A stretch of DNA of 64,000 nt from Octopus bimaculoides. Lineage: Eukaryota. Below, piece by piece: positions 37,824-51,070 of this stretch (positions are counted from its first letter, which is position 1; the number at the start of each line of letters is the position of its first letter). The translations under genes were made by a program, and so were the position numbers. The stretch is taken from positions 70,812,189 through 70,876,188 of the forward strand of contig NC_068990.1 of NCBI RefSeq assembly GCF_001194135.2. Reading direction: 5' to 3'. The notes beneath the pieces are model-generated. The model did not search any database, had not been told where the DNA came from, and saw only the letters and a list, made by a program, of their open reading frames with translations.

Positions 37824-37866
<43 letters not shown>

Positions 37867-38887
37867 GTTCAAATGGTATAATTCAAAACAATATTCTCTA
37901 AAAATTATATGTAGTATGTAATAAGTGTAAAGTTCAACAATTTTGCAATAGTTGCCACATTTCAAACTCTTGGAAATGTTTTGTTGTTTCCAATTATTTA
38001 AAATGAAACACTGTGTTGAAGATATAAATTTGTAATGACAACAGTTCATGAAACAGGTTATTTGTTATCAGATCATTTCTATTTGCAGACATCTCCCAAT
38101 AATATTTTCTTTTTATAGCAGGATGTGACTATAGTAACTCAAACGAAGACAGAAAACTGTTTTATACCTGCTGAAATACTCCTGGTAGTATGCCAACACT
38201 CTATAATTACACAATCAATACTATCTGTTTTGAAATAAGCATTGTTTAACATGATTGAAATCAGAACAGAAACAAAACTATTTCATAAGCATAACATTTT
38301 AAACAGTGAGTTGAGCAAATATTCTGATCTGATGTTTTATGATTACTTATTTTAATTAGTTACAAATAAAATGTTAAGTTGAAATAACCTTTAGCTGTTT
38401 TCTTGAGATTTTGGTCCAAAGAGAACAAATAACTAGTTACCTTTAATAATTTTTTTACATTACGAGATTATTAGTTCCAATATATTAAATCTACGAAATA
38501 AAATTTTTAAATAGTAAAATACAGGTGGAATTTTTGTTTAAACAGATGAATAGAAACAAAGAGGTGATTTAATGATTTCTTTTAATTTTCAGATAAAACT
38601 AGTGTAATTAATATAAACATTGTCACATTGCCAAAGTCTTATATTTCAGTTATTTATAAAGTTTCATTAATTTGCAAAAAAAAAAAAAAAAAATTTTTTA
38701 GACAGTTAAATTTATTTTTTCCCCTTTTTTACATAAATATCACTTATCAGGAAAAAGAAGTTTTTTTCCCACCAATTTAACAAAGGTCAATTTTCAATCA
38801 ATAACTTCACTTTCATAAAGTAAAACTAACCTGTAATGAATTTGGTAGCAGAGACACCAATGGAAAAATACATATTAGTATTTAACA

Positions 38888-39229
38888 ACATTTTATAAAC
38901 AAACTTTGGAAGCATTGTATGTGTTTTTGTATTTTACAGACTAGAAAGTAAATTTCGAATGCAGTATAGCTGTGAAAATAACAGAAAGACAGGGTATATT
39001 ATTGTTATGAGACGGAAAAAAGTTGCCAGCAGGCAGCTTTGGGAGTTGAACCTGTAACCCTCAAATACTGACTGAGTACTCTATCATTAAGCTAAATGGC
39101 CTGCTGAAAACAATTACCGTCAATTTTGAAGCTAAATAATAGCTTCTGAAATGTGACATTTTTCAAACAAACTTTGGAAGCATCAAATGTGTTTGGTATT
39201 TTACAAACAAGTAAATTTCGAATGCAGTA
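38888..39229 (+). repeat. ~75-bp direct repeats (38888-38966 and 39156-39229) bracketing the tRNA pseudogene
   Basis: aaacaaactttggaagcat...gtattttaca...aagtaaatttcgaatgcagta occurs twice, ~268 bp apart. Confidence 0.85.
39031..39101 (-). pseudogene. tRNA-Thr(AGT)-like pseudogene
   Basis: GGCCATTTAGCTTAATGATAGAGTA-CTCAG-TCAGTAT-TTGAG-GGTTACAGGTTCAACTCCCAAAGCTGCCT. Anticodon stem intact with AGT; acceptor and T stems mismatched; C at position 33. Confidence 0.6.
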
Positions 39230-40024
39230 CAACTTTATTATATTCGAAATTTATTTTCTTGTCTGTAAAATACATGTTAGTATTAACATCAAAGTAAAAT
39301 ACTGGAGTGGCTTCCTATGATGTTTTAGGTCCCAGGAGAATTTCAACTCACCACATACAAACATTGTCAGTCATACAGTTCTGTTTACAGTAGTGAACTA
39401 TACCTTAAGTCAGTACCTAGTAGCTGATAAGTAAACTGTGTCATTTTGTTGGGTGCAAATGCAGCAGAGACAAATAGTCAAGGCTTTGACTGAAACTCTG
39501 TCTCCTTAAAAACTCAGTCACAACTATCCCCTTATCAACTCAACTGCATCTGCCTCCTTAGCAAAACATAATTCCAAAGACAATTGGTATGCAAGTAATT
39601 CATCAATGTCACAATCTACTTAAAATAAAAATGTAACTAATTTCAGAATATAGAAAGCATTTCAATGAATACATTTTACAAATTATTTCTAATTCCATCC
39701 TGTAATAAAATTGATAAAAATGATATTCTAAAAATTTTAAATGACTGGAAACTCATTAGTCATTATCAATCTTAAATAATATTCCATTTTCTCACTTTCA
39801 AAATAAGAAATATAAACTATTTAATTTTTCTTCTCATCATTCTCTGTATTTTATTGAAAACAATTTTGATGAAACAATCCTCAACCACCCAAATCCATGA
39901 GTGAGCTGAACATTACCTCTGTAATTATAAATAAAAAACCCCAGCAAAATAAAGTAAAAAAAAGAAGTCAGTAAATATTAAATATTTTAAAGTTGTTAGA
40001 AGTCAGGATGCTATCTCAGTATAA

Positions 40025-40250
40025 AAATAATGGTTTCAAATTTTGGCACATGGCCAGCAATTTGAGGTGAGTGAGCTAAGTTGATTACATCAACCCCAGT
40101 GGTCAACTGGTACTTATTTTATCAACTCCAAAAGGGTGAAAGGTAAAGTCGACCTCAGTGGAATTTGAACTCAGAATGTAAAGAGCCAAATGAAATGCTG
40201 CTAAGCATTTTGTCCGACAATCTAACAATTCTTCCAGCTTACCACTTTGA
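40025..40250 (-). mobile_element. tRNA-derived SINE
   Basis: gattacatcaaccccag...gtacttattttatc...gtcgacctcagtggaatttgaactcagaatg...ctaagcattttg block, B box on the minus strand. Confidence 0.8.
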
Positions 40251-40449
40251 TTATAATGTAAAATAATCTGCAAAAGAACATTAACATTGATAACAAGATC
40301 AACAGCAAATTCTCTTAGGATCCAACAACACTGTTACATGTATCAAAGATAATTTCTTTTTCTACTAACATATTAACATATAAATCACAAATTCATAAGT
40401 TAAAAAAATAAAGACAATTTAAAGAAAAGACTAGATGGCAAAAACTGAC

Positions 40450-40554
40450 CTCAACAGAATTAGATCGAATAGGAGATCCCAAAGTTCGCATAAGATTCCG
40501 GTATGAAGACCGAAATGCAGAAGGTGAAGAAAACGAATGAGAAATGGACATCAT
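40450..40554 (-). CDS. Probable upstream ATG-containing coding exon of the same ORP gene (MMSISHSFSSPSAFRSSYRNLMRTLGSPIRSNSVE)
   Basis: 35 open codons from ATG to a phase-0 donor GAG|gtcagt, in frame with the phase-0 acceptor at 24864. CpG-retaining, non-repetitive sequence. In-frame stop a few codons upstream of the ATG. Candidate 5'UTR acceptor ttgcttacag| at 40780. No homology could be confirmed by eye. Confidence 0.5.
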
Positions 40555-42607
40555 GTCCCTGGATATCTGTTGGCACTAAGTTCTGCTTGCCTAGTCATGG
40601 ATGATGATTCTGAGGTAGGTTAAAATCCAACAGCCTCGATAAGAGCAGAGTGGGCCTGAATTTGGAGCAAAAGGAGTACTTAAATACCATTTTTAACAGT
40701 GGTGCCATTGCTTGTGATAGGATGTAGTGCTGGTGATAGGAGTATGCATGTGGCAAGGCAATATGCAAACATCTGAGTGCTGTAAGCAACTATCTAACTA
40801 AATCCTCATTAGCAATAAGGAAACTAAAATCATCACAACTAAGTTTGTCAATGTCAATTGACAGCAAGATGAGTACAAAGCAGTTGAAATAAGCAATTAA
40901 AAACTAATGCTAATTCTAAGAACAGGATCAAAGATTGGGAAAAACATTGTGCTGATCGAAATACATTTTAATATACAAATACAATGAAATTCTTGAATAA
41001 TTATATTTGAATTGTTCAATGCAATCAAATTTATCAAACATTTGTTATCTTCTTTCATTTGGTCCACTAGCTTAACCAATTCAGCAGAAATTTGTACAGA
41101 GACAAGGAACTATAATTAAGGACAATTCACAAAAATTATTCTCCAAAACTAAAAATTATTTTCAAATATTCCAACTTTCATTAGATAAGACAAAATAAAC
41201 TTCCAGAGTTTCCCTAATAATTCCTTAGCATCAAAGATTATCACAGAAAATTGCGCACAGTTTTTCAAAATAAACAAAATTTAGCAATTATAATGGATTT
41301 TTTCCAACATAGGGTAAAGTTTTCATAATGCTATCTTAAGAAAAAAAAGAAAAATGTTAGAAACATTTTTCTTGATTTTCTTCTTTTATACTTTTTTTTT
41401 TTTTTACATTTCTTAAACTTTTCCACTCTGTATCTTATAGCATGTAAGCTGGCTGAAAGAAACTTGGAACAATTTCTTCTATCATATTTTGGTTAGTCTT
41501 ATTATGATGATTAAACATCAATATGTATATATATAACCCCAAAAGTTCTCCCTTCTAATACTCCCACTAAGTCAAACTACAGAGATTTTGATTACCATAT
41601 TTCTTCATATATAATAAACATTTTTTTCCACAAATTTTTAAATCTAAAATTTATGGATGTGTATTTTACCCATTATATAATGGGTAAAACTAAATGTCAC
41701 TCATTCTCTGTAGCCATCTTTGGAATGGCCTAACATATTTATTAACTGGTGTGCCAGATTATGAATCACTATAATACATTTTAACATGATAGTGAAAATG
41801 CATTAAATGTTCCTTATATTTCATAAATATCTCCTTAAGACCATTATTACTCAAGGTTGTGAACTATCTTACTAATATCTTATTCACACATTGAAACAAT
41901 TCAGAAATAAAATGTAAAACCAAAATAGAAACAGTACAAAAGGATAGAAGGTACTTAGTTTCTGTTTATTCACTTTAATCTCTGTTTGTTTACTTCTGTG
42001 AAGTTTTGTTTGTATATACTTCACCAAAACTTTTATTCCAATAACCCTCTGTAGTATCAATTCAAATGTGTTCCAGTCATGACTATCCAGTCAATATATA
42101 TTGTTGAGATGTTTAAATCATTTAGTATATACATAATATATATATAAAACTATTTTCTATTTTATTCAATGATTTTAACATTTTATTAAATAATATATAT
42201 TGCAAAAATTTTTTTTAATTTAAAAAAAAAATTACCAGATCCTAAATGTCTAATGTTTAATACATCTAAATCCAAAGACCATTTAGAAAAAGAAAACTGC
42301 ATAAAAGTTCTGAGGAGATTTAAAATCCTTAGAGAAATGTTTGTTCAGCTGTGGCAACATGTATTAAAGCTGAGTATATCATTATTAAAAGTAAATTGAG
42401 TCTCTAGGAAAACAACAAATAAGTTATAACTGTGTGTAGACAATAGATGCGGTTTTACAGCCAACACTAGTAAAGATCAAAGGGCACTTTTTTTAATGAA
42501 ATATAAGCAAAATGTGAATACTTATTTGACGGATTTCAGGGAAAAAAGAAATTTGTAAAAGATCAATCTGTTCCATGATTCAAGTTAAACAAGATCAAAA
42601 TAACTAT

Positions 42608-42639
<32 letters not shown>

Positions 42640-42789
42640 TACTTGGTGTAATGACATATAATGTGAGCATTCAAAACCTAGAAATCTAAAGCACATTTCA
42701 AGAAAAAAATTATTTATTTTCCAGTGACAATAGATTAACTGAAACAAATTATTTGAAAGAAATTATATAGTACCATTTTCATTTCTCAA

Positions 42790-42990
42790 AGACTCTTAGT
42801 TAACTTATGAAACATTACATGTCCATACCAGCAATGGCTGCACTGGTATGGGCATGTAATATATGTGGATGATGACAGCTGGTTAGAGATGTATGGAAGG
42901 TTCCATAGAAAAGGAAGACTAAAAGAGACATGAGCAGAAATGAAGGCTAATCTCAAGAAGCGAAACCTCACAAAAGAGATGAGAAGAAAT
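42790..42990 (+). mobile_element. RTE ORF C-terminal remnant
   Basis: LHWYGHVIYVDDD...RKGRLKET motif. Confidence 0.5.
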
Positions 42991-43849
42991 GCAACAAATG
43001 GCAGAATGATGCAATTTTAACATAAACACAGAAACTCAAAAATCCAGAGATTGTTTAGAAAAAAAAAATATAGAAAAAAAATCAAACATATAAAAAAATT
43101 AGAGGATGGAGCATGGTTCACCTATTTTGAAGTATAGATTCATTATGGTAATTCTAAAAGGCCAAGCTATTTTTTAACATTCCCCACTATTACTGATTTC
43201 CTCAAAGATAAAGTCTTGTGTATATATAAATAGTATATAAAGTCTTGTGTATATATGAATAATTATGATAGTAATAATTTCAAGCACAGAATAGAACCTC
43301 ATTAATATGACAAAACCTGGGATTGGACCAGAGATCTTTGGATCTTCAGTGTTTCTACTATCAACAAATGACCTTAAAATTTGCTTTACTGACATTTAAA
43401 TGACAATAGTACAGTCAGGAATAAATGTTGATAAAATCAAATATATCATTACATGTTTGTACCTTTAACTTATGAACATAGCTTTCTATTTTTTAGCTAA
43501 ACAGCACCTGTCAAGAATTAAGGTTCTGAGGTACCAAAGAGTCAATAAGGAACAAACTTTTTTTTAAAAAAAGGTCAGCGATTACATCGACCCCAGTGCT
43601 GGAACTTATTTTATCAACCCCAAAAGGAATTGATTCATAATCATGTCCAAGTTTTATTGTTATGTGTATGTGTGTGTATGGGGGTGGGGGATATCTGTCA
43701 CTCTAAAAGTACTGTGGAGAGCACACCAAGAGCAACTTCTAAAATGAGTGTGAAGTCATATGTATATATATATATGAGTAACATTCGCCCCATCCTGGGA
43801 CTGCCACATTACTTTATATATATATATATATGTATATACATATACATAT

Positions 43850-44135
43850 ATACACGTGTTGCCAGTGCCCCTGGACTGGCTCTTGTGCGGGTGGCACATA
43901 AAAGACACCATTTTGAGCGTGGCCGTTGCCAGTACCGCCTGACTGGCCTTCGTGCAGGTGACACGTAAAAGCACCCACTACACTCTCTGAGTGGTTGGCG
44001 TTAGGAAGGGAATCCAGCTGTAGAAACTCTGCCAAATTAGATTGGAGCCTGGTGTTGCTATCCGGTTTCACCAGTCCTCAGTCAAATCGTCCAACCCATG
44101 CTAGCATGGAAAGCGGACGTTAAACGATGATGATG
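43850..44135 (+). mobile_element. Young RTE 3' tail followed by (GAT)n and (TA)n
   Basis: CpG-retaining ggttggcgttaggaaggg...catggaaagcggacgttaaacgatgatg. Confidence 0.9.
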
Positions 44136-44139
44136 ATGA

Positions 44140-44186
<47 letters not shown>

Positions 44187-44283
44187 TGGATTTATTTATT
44201 TATATATATGACAGTATGTATTTATGTACATGTATATATATGAGTGTGTGTAAGAGAGTAAGAGCACATGTGTATACAATGTA

Positions 44284-45010
44284 TTGGGTCATCCCAAAAA
44301 TAATGCAGTTTTTTAATACTTTTATTTTTCAAAATTAAGATAAACAAAGTTCTTTTTAATCTAAAATATACTCTCGTTCATTTTCTACAATGCTCTTTCA
44401 TCTATCTGGTAGACTTGCAAGGCCCCTCTTCCAAAATTCACTTCTCCATGATGAAAAATGCTCCTCCAGTACCGTTCTGATCTCATCTACAGAATTCATA
44501 TGTTTTCTGTCCAAATGATTTTAAAGACTTCAGAATAAATGATAATCAGATGGGGCAATGTCCCATGAATATGGTGGGTGAGGCATTGTTTCCCATTCAA
44601 ACTGCTCCAGCGTTTGGAGTGTCATCTTCGCTGTATGTGAATGAGCATTATCCTGATGGAAAAACACTTTTCATCTTGAAACCAAAGATGGTCATTTTTC
44701 TTGTAGTGCTGACTTAAGCCATTCAAGCTACTCACAGTAGATTTCCTTTGTTATCATTTGGTTTGGGTTTAAAAGTTCAAAGTGGACTAAACCTTTCATA
44801 TTCCACCAAACAGATAACAACACCTTATGTGGGTGAAGACCTTCTTTAGCCTAGGGTGCCAGTGTTTCTCCTTTCGTTACCCAGTCTTTGGCACTTGATA
44901 TTTTTATAGAGAACCCATTTCTCATCACCAGTCACTATTCGGCCCAAGAAAGGTTCAACCATGAGATATGACAGCAAAGAAAAGCACACATTCACTCTCT
45001 GCACGTGATT
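44284..45010 (-). mobile_element. 3' part of a mariner (DD34D)
   Basis: IVTGDEKWVLY; HQDNAHSH...HPPYSWDIAPSDYHLF with 34 residues between the D's; TIR ta|ttgggtcatcccaaaaataatgcag. Confidence 0.9.
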
Positions 45011-45789
45011 AGACTCGGAAGTTGGCTGAGTTAATGGATTAGTACTTGACTGGTACAAAATTTTATCAATCATGGAAGTTGGTCTCAATGAGATGTAAAC
45101 TCAGGAAGCAATATTGCAAGATATTTTGTCAAATGCTCTAACAATTCTAACAATCCAGATAATAACAACAACAAAAATAATAATCAATGAAAACTGATTA
45201 AAGAAGAGAATTAAGGATGGCTTAATAGATAAAAGTTGGATTAAATAATGAAATATCAATATTCTATAATCTTCTCGACATTTAAACATAGTCCATATGA
45301 TAAGTTAACCCTAAGGCAGGACTTGTCTTATAATTCAATCTATAAAATTATATCAAATATTATTTGTGTGCATAAACAGACACATACTCATTTGTTTTTT
45401 AACGCTGACATGGCTAGGTAGAGTTAAGAGTTTCCCTTATGATTGTTGAAGTAATTTGAGCCTGCTATTACTCAATAACATACAGATATAACAAATTATG
45501 GACTCATTTGTTAGTAGTCAATCAGTTTAACATAGTTACTGAGTCTCATGATTCACTACTAGAAGTCTGGTTATTGAGTCTCATGAGCATTTTCTTGTGT
45601 CAGTTTAACATTAAGGTTGCTGATTCTTATGCAACTCATTATATTCATCCTTAATTGCTTTCCCTACAACAATATTATCGACCAATTTGATACCTTCTCT
45701 CGCTTTCATGATTAAAATGATGACTTTTCTATTAACTCTGCACATTTACTTTAAAATTTATGGAATTAGGTACAGACCACAATAATACT

Positions 45790-45975
45790 GGTTTCAAGGG
45801 TGGGGATAAGTTGACTACATCAACCCCAGAGCTCAAATGGTACTTATTTTATCAACATCGAAAAGATGAAAGGCAAAACTGACCTCAATAGAATTTGAAC
45901 TCAAAATGTAAGGATGTATAAAATGCCACTAAGCATTTTGTCTGGTGTGCTAATGATTCTGCCAAATCACCACAT
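45790..45975 (-). mobile_element. tRNA-derived SINE, same family as 40025
   Basis: Shared gactacatcaacccc...atttgaactc...ctaagcattttg block. Confidence 0.75.
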
Positions 45976-46259
45976 TAAGAGACCACAATGATATTAAAAC
46001 CACAATTTATTTTGAATCCAGAAAGTGATTTTTAGTATATCAACCCATCTCATTTCTGCAATTTGGCATTTTAATGTTGTTGTCAATGACTTATGAATGG
46101 TAATACACTGATTAAATCCTACAAAAATTCATTTTTAATATGGACTGATGATCTAAAGAAATTAAAAACAGGCAATGACAAATGACTGAGACCTTTGGCA
46201 ATATGCTGTACTTGAGAAGGAAGATCCATCAAGCCAAGTGAAATTGTAGTCATGGCAGA

Positions 46260-46475
46260 TACTGGTGTCACACAGCTGGCACCTGTGCCTGCAGCACGTA
46301 AGAGCACCCATTACACTCTCAGAGTGCTTGTTGTTAGGAAGGGCATCCAGCCATAGACACAATGCCAAATCAGACTGGAATCTGGTGCAGCCCCTCAGTT
46401 TATCAGCCCTGGTCAAACCGTCCAACACATACCAACATGGACAAAGGACGTTAAATGATGATGATGATGATGATT
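46260..46475 (+). mobile_element. RTE 3' tail
   Basis: gcacccattacactctc...ggaagggcatccagcc...ggacgttaaatgatgatg. Confidence 0.85.
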
Positions 46476-46925
46476 TATCCTAAAATAAAGATACAATAAC
46501 ATAATCATAATCATTTTAACATCCACTTTTCTATGTTAGTATAGGTTGAACAGAATTTATTGAGGCACATTTCCTATGGCCAGATGCCTGCTCTGATGCT
46601 AAACTCATATTCCAAGGAAGGCAATATTTCCCCATGGCCAGACATGTTTTCACAGAGCATTAGAAATGAACAACATTCATTTACAATAATCACACAATTT
46701 CAAGACAAGGAAACACTAACACACACACACACATAGTTTCAGTTTCTGTCAACCAAATTCACATATAAAGCTTTAGTCAACCTGGGAAAACACTTGATCA
46801 AGGTACAGCACAGTGAGGCTGAACCTGAAACCATGTGGTTGGGAAGCTAACTTCTTAATCACACAGCCATACTTGTCCTAAATAAATAAATAAATAAAAA
46901 TTCAGGAACTGTAATGTAAATAAAT

Positions 46926-47233
46926 GTGGAGGCGCATGGCCTAGTGGTTAGAGTAGCAGACTCATGGTCGAGGGAATGCAGGTTTGAATCTCAGACCAGG
47001 CGATGTGTGTGTTTATGAGCAAAACACCTAAGCACCACACGGCTCCAGCAGAAGGTAATGGTGAACTTCTGCTGACTCGTTCGCCACAACTTTCTCTTAC
47101 TCTTTCCTCCTGCATCTACCAGTTCACCTGAAACAGAGCGGTGTCCTGTCCAGTTGGGGAACCTATACACCAATGAAACGGAGAAACTGACCCTTATGAA
47201 CCAGGCATGGCTCAAGAAGGAACAAACAACAAC
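46926..47233 (+). mobile_element. Full-length tRNA-derived SINE (distinct family) with 13-bp target-site duplication
   Basis: A box tggcctagtgg, B box ggtttgaatc, (caa)n tail. aatgtaaataaat at 46913-46925 and 47234-47246. Confidence 0.88.
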
Positions 47234-49416
47234 AATGTAAATAAATAATTCATTTTAAAAAGGTAAGAAATTTTTGTGAAGTTACAGTTTTGATACTCTC
47301 CTCCAAGCTTACCAAGCCAAAATTAAGCAGTCCTAACTGAAAACTGAATCAAAATTCTAGATTTTATAAAAGACTTTTTATCAAGACATTTGACCTGCAT
47401 TTTTCTTTCACTGTGCCCTCTTTAAGTTTATAGTTAGTTTAAATATACAAACACCTTATAAGAAACGACTATTAAATTTATAGTGAGAAGAGACAGTAAA
47501 CACACATATCAATATTGAGTTAACTGGTAATTTATCAGTGGTTCTTTTATGATTTAAGAAAAACACATAAATAATCATTACAATAGGAAATTATCTTCTA
47601 TTAAAATTTAGTTGGTTTTTTTCATATTAATTCCTCTAAAGTAGTAAAGTGTACAAATAACTCCATTAAATCTCACCTGAGACTCCCACCCCTATACTGT
47701 CTCATTGCTCAAACCATCTACTGAATAATTTCATAATTCCTTCCCAGACAGGCAAATCTCTGAAATTCTTTCTCTGGACATGAGTTTCTCTCGGACATTA
47801 ACCTCCAGAAGTTCAGTAACAATTATCAACTGTATTAATCTCACAAAGATATTGCTATTCTACTTGTGACTAATTTTTTAGAAAAAAAATTCTTAAAACC
47901 ATATTTATATTCAGTGAGACTAAATGATTAAGATTAATTTTCAAATATTAAGATAAACATTTATAAAATTAATAAATGATGTTTTATTTTATAAAAAAAA
48001 ACCCAGTTTATTTGTTTATAATTTAATACTAATTGACAAATAATATATTTAATTAATTTAATTAATAAAACAAAAAAGAAGTTATTTTCAAAATAATTTA
48101 CAAAATATTTCTTTAACATAAGCAGCCATATTTTTTATCTACATTTCTATAGTATTATAAAACATTCACTGGTACATAGAAAAGTTTCATAAATGGCAGT
48201 TAAAATTCATCTTAATTTTCACTGAATATTTTGAATTTAATTGACCCATCAGTGTTATCTAGAATAGTATATACTTTAACAATAGAGCAGCTGTGAGTAA
48301 ATGATGATAGAAAAAAATCAAATATTTCCAAACAGATCTATCAAATTTATTCAAGCTAAAACAACCATGTATTAATTATTAATTGTAATAGAAACTGATA
48401 TTTGGATATCTTGAAATGTTTTACAAATATTGTATTATTTGCTAATATAATGTTGAAAACTTTTTGGAAAGCTATAAGACAATGTGTATATTACATTTAT
48501 GAAATGAAAAAAATAACAATTTTGTAGATGGCTGTTTTGTTTTGTCTTGTTTTTTCTTTGATGTTTACAATTTCATATTTGCTGTTCAAAATTACTGATT
48601 ACAATTTTATTGATTAGTTACTGGATGTAGAGAGAGAAAAAGAGTGAGAATTCAATAAGTTTTAGTATTTTCAACTGAAGTAAAACAATCAGTAATTACT
48701 TTCAATTTTCTATACTTTTATTCCATTGTCACAAAATGTGGTTTAATACTAAACAATTTTCTTTGTATTATTCAATAAATTAAATGCTAAAATAAAATTG
48801 CAATTAAAGTGATAAAAATAAAGATATTAGTCAAATTTGGATTAAAGAAAAATGAGTACTTCTATTCTAAAGAAACATTTCCTGAGCAAACTTCCCATGT
48901 TTTGTCAAATTTTAAAAAAATGGAATTTTATTAAGAAATAAAAGTAAACACCTTATTTGCAAATAAAGTTGATAGATAAGAGAAGTTACTTTTATTTAAA
49001 TAAGTGTAGATCTAATATGGTTGCCACTAAAAGATACATCATGACCTGATGGTTACTATTAAAGGTCACATCATAATCTTGAGGCTTCTATTAAAGACAT
49101 TGAAATAAATCAAATATAAGATATTGGAAAACAATTTTAAAATGACTAAAAAAAATTTCATTATGCAAAATAATAAAATCAAACACACAACAAACACAAA
49201 ACCTCAAAAAAGTTGTAAAGTCACCACCAATATAATCTACATTATCACAAACAAGCAAGGAGGAATTCTATGTAATTTGATTTAGTAACCAATTAATTCT
49301 TCCACTTCAAACTCAGTTATTTTTTATCCATTTAAAATCCAAAATCAAAATCTCAAATCTAAAGTTAATATGTGCACAAAAGATGAGCTGGCTAGCACCA
49401 GTAATGCCAACTAGAG

Positions 49417-49716
49417 CAGTGGTTCTCAACCAGAGTCCATATGACCCTAGGGGTCCACACAAGCAAAATTTGGGATCCACAGTAGTATAGTAAGAGACCA
49501 TGAAAAAATTTTGATTTAGATGCATTTATTGCAATAAATAGCTAAATTTCTTTCTCAAACATTTTACATAGTTCAACCTACACAAGTTAATGAGTGAACA
49601 GCAAAATAGGAATTTTGAAAGAAGTATCTATAAAACATTAAATGGCTATGGGAATACACCAGAATAAAATAGGAATCAAAGGAGTCCATAGATAAAAAAA
49701 TGGTTGAGGTCCACTG
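49417..49716. mobile_element. hAT (Charlie/Buster-type) MITE, 300 bp
   Basis: TIRs CAGTGG(TT/AC)CTCAACCA; perfect 8-bp TSD aactagag at 49409-49416 and 49717-49724 with the central CTAG typical of Charlie targets. Confidence 0.92.
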
Positions 49717-50004
49717 AACTAGAGGCTTAACATCTATGTCACAGCTCTTCAGTGGTGCTGACTAAGAACAACTCCTTAACAACATTGACCTGAGGAGTTT
49801 ATATTTTGTTACTAAACCGTATAAAATATCACTATTCATACATTACTTGGGGCAGAATGTTAAATTCTAACTACTCAATACTAACTGAATTTATTTTCCA
49901 AGATTCTGCTGGGTTGACATTCAACCAAGTAAAGAATTTATTGAATTATTCAACTACAGCAGGAAACACTGAACAATTAATGAGAGACAAGCAACTTCAT
50001 ATCA

Positions 50005-50340
50005 TCATCATTTGATGTTTGTATTCCATGCTGACATGGGTTGGACAGTTTGACAGAACTGACAAGTCAAAAGACAGCCAAAGCACTGCTGTTTGCTTTA
50101 GCATTATTTCTATGGCTAGATGCCCTTCCTTACGCCAACATCTTAAAAAAAGTGTACTGGGTGCTTTTTATGTTGTACCAATAGCCGTGAAGTCACCAAG
50201 TAACTTGCAAGACATGATGCCTCAATTAATGGGAGAGTTGTACTGAGGGACAGAAAAAGGTGTCTTGCAGAAGAGGAGAAATATGGCTACCTCAGGTGGA
50301 GACAGAGAAGATGGTGAGGATGTTGTGGAATAAAATGACG
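50005..50340 (-). mobile_element. RTE 3' tail remnant
   Basis: catcatcat...ccatgctgacatgggttggacag...gatgcccttcct. Confidence 0.7.
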
Positions 50341-50689
50341 CATTTCAGAGAGTACTTATAAAACAATATAAAATATGTTTAATCTACAGATTTCTCCTTA
50401 AACTTTCAATGTACAATTTTGATTGGCTTATGCAAACAAATGATATTTGAGGATAACAACAATATTAGGGTTAGGGGAAATATTTAACAAAGATGTTGCA
50501 GAGACACTAAATATTTATTAATATCAAAAGTTTGGTATGTCATGGAAAAAAAAACAGGTAAACAGTTGTAAGTTTATATCACTTAACTTATTCAGAAAAG
50601 AGAGAGTAGCACACAAGCAGGAGATCCAACTGACAGAGAGTGGTATTTTTCAATACCCAAATCAATTGCTCTCAAATAAGATCAATACA

Positions 50690-51070
50690 CGAATGGCTTT
50701 TATGCCTATTTCTCCATGGTGGCATGGATAAAGGGTAAAGACATCTTTCAGTCATGAATGACCATGGGACTGCACCTAAAAAGCTATTCGCCAAGGTACA
50801 CATCTGGGCAAGGTTATTTATGGAAGACCAGTAGTCGCCCATGCATAGCAGTCGCCCATGCATAGCAGCCGCTCATGCATACCAGCTTCCCCTCCCCATG
50901 CGACTGATGTTATCCAAGGGAAAGGCAAAGACCAATACAGCTTGGCACTAGTGATGTCACAACTCATTTCTACAGCTGAGTGAACTGGAGCAACATGAAA
51001 TAAAGTGTCTTGCTCAAGAACATAACACACAGCCCGGTCCAAGAATTAAACTCACTACCTCATGATTTTA
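50690..51070 (-). mobile_element. tRNA-derived SINE with an internal 17-bp triplication
   Basis: ctacagctgagtgaactggagcaacatgaaataaagtgtcttgctcaagaac block; (cagtcgcccatgcatag) x3 at ~50830-50885. Confidence 0.75.

Noticed and set aside
39345-39600. Alternative first exon at donor gtgagt (~39350, minus)
   Set aside because: No ATG frame reaches the donor in phase 0, and there is no other support.
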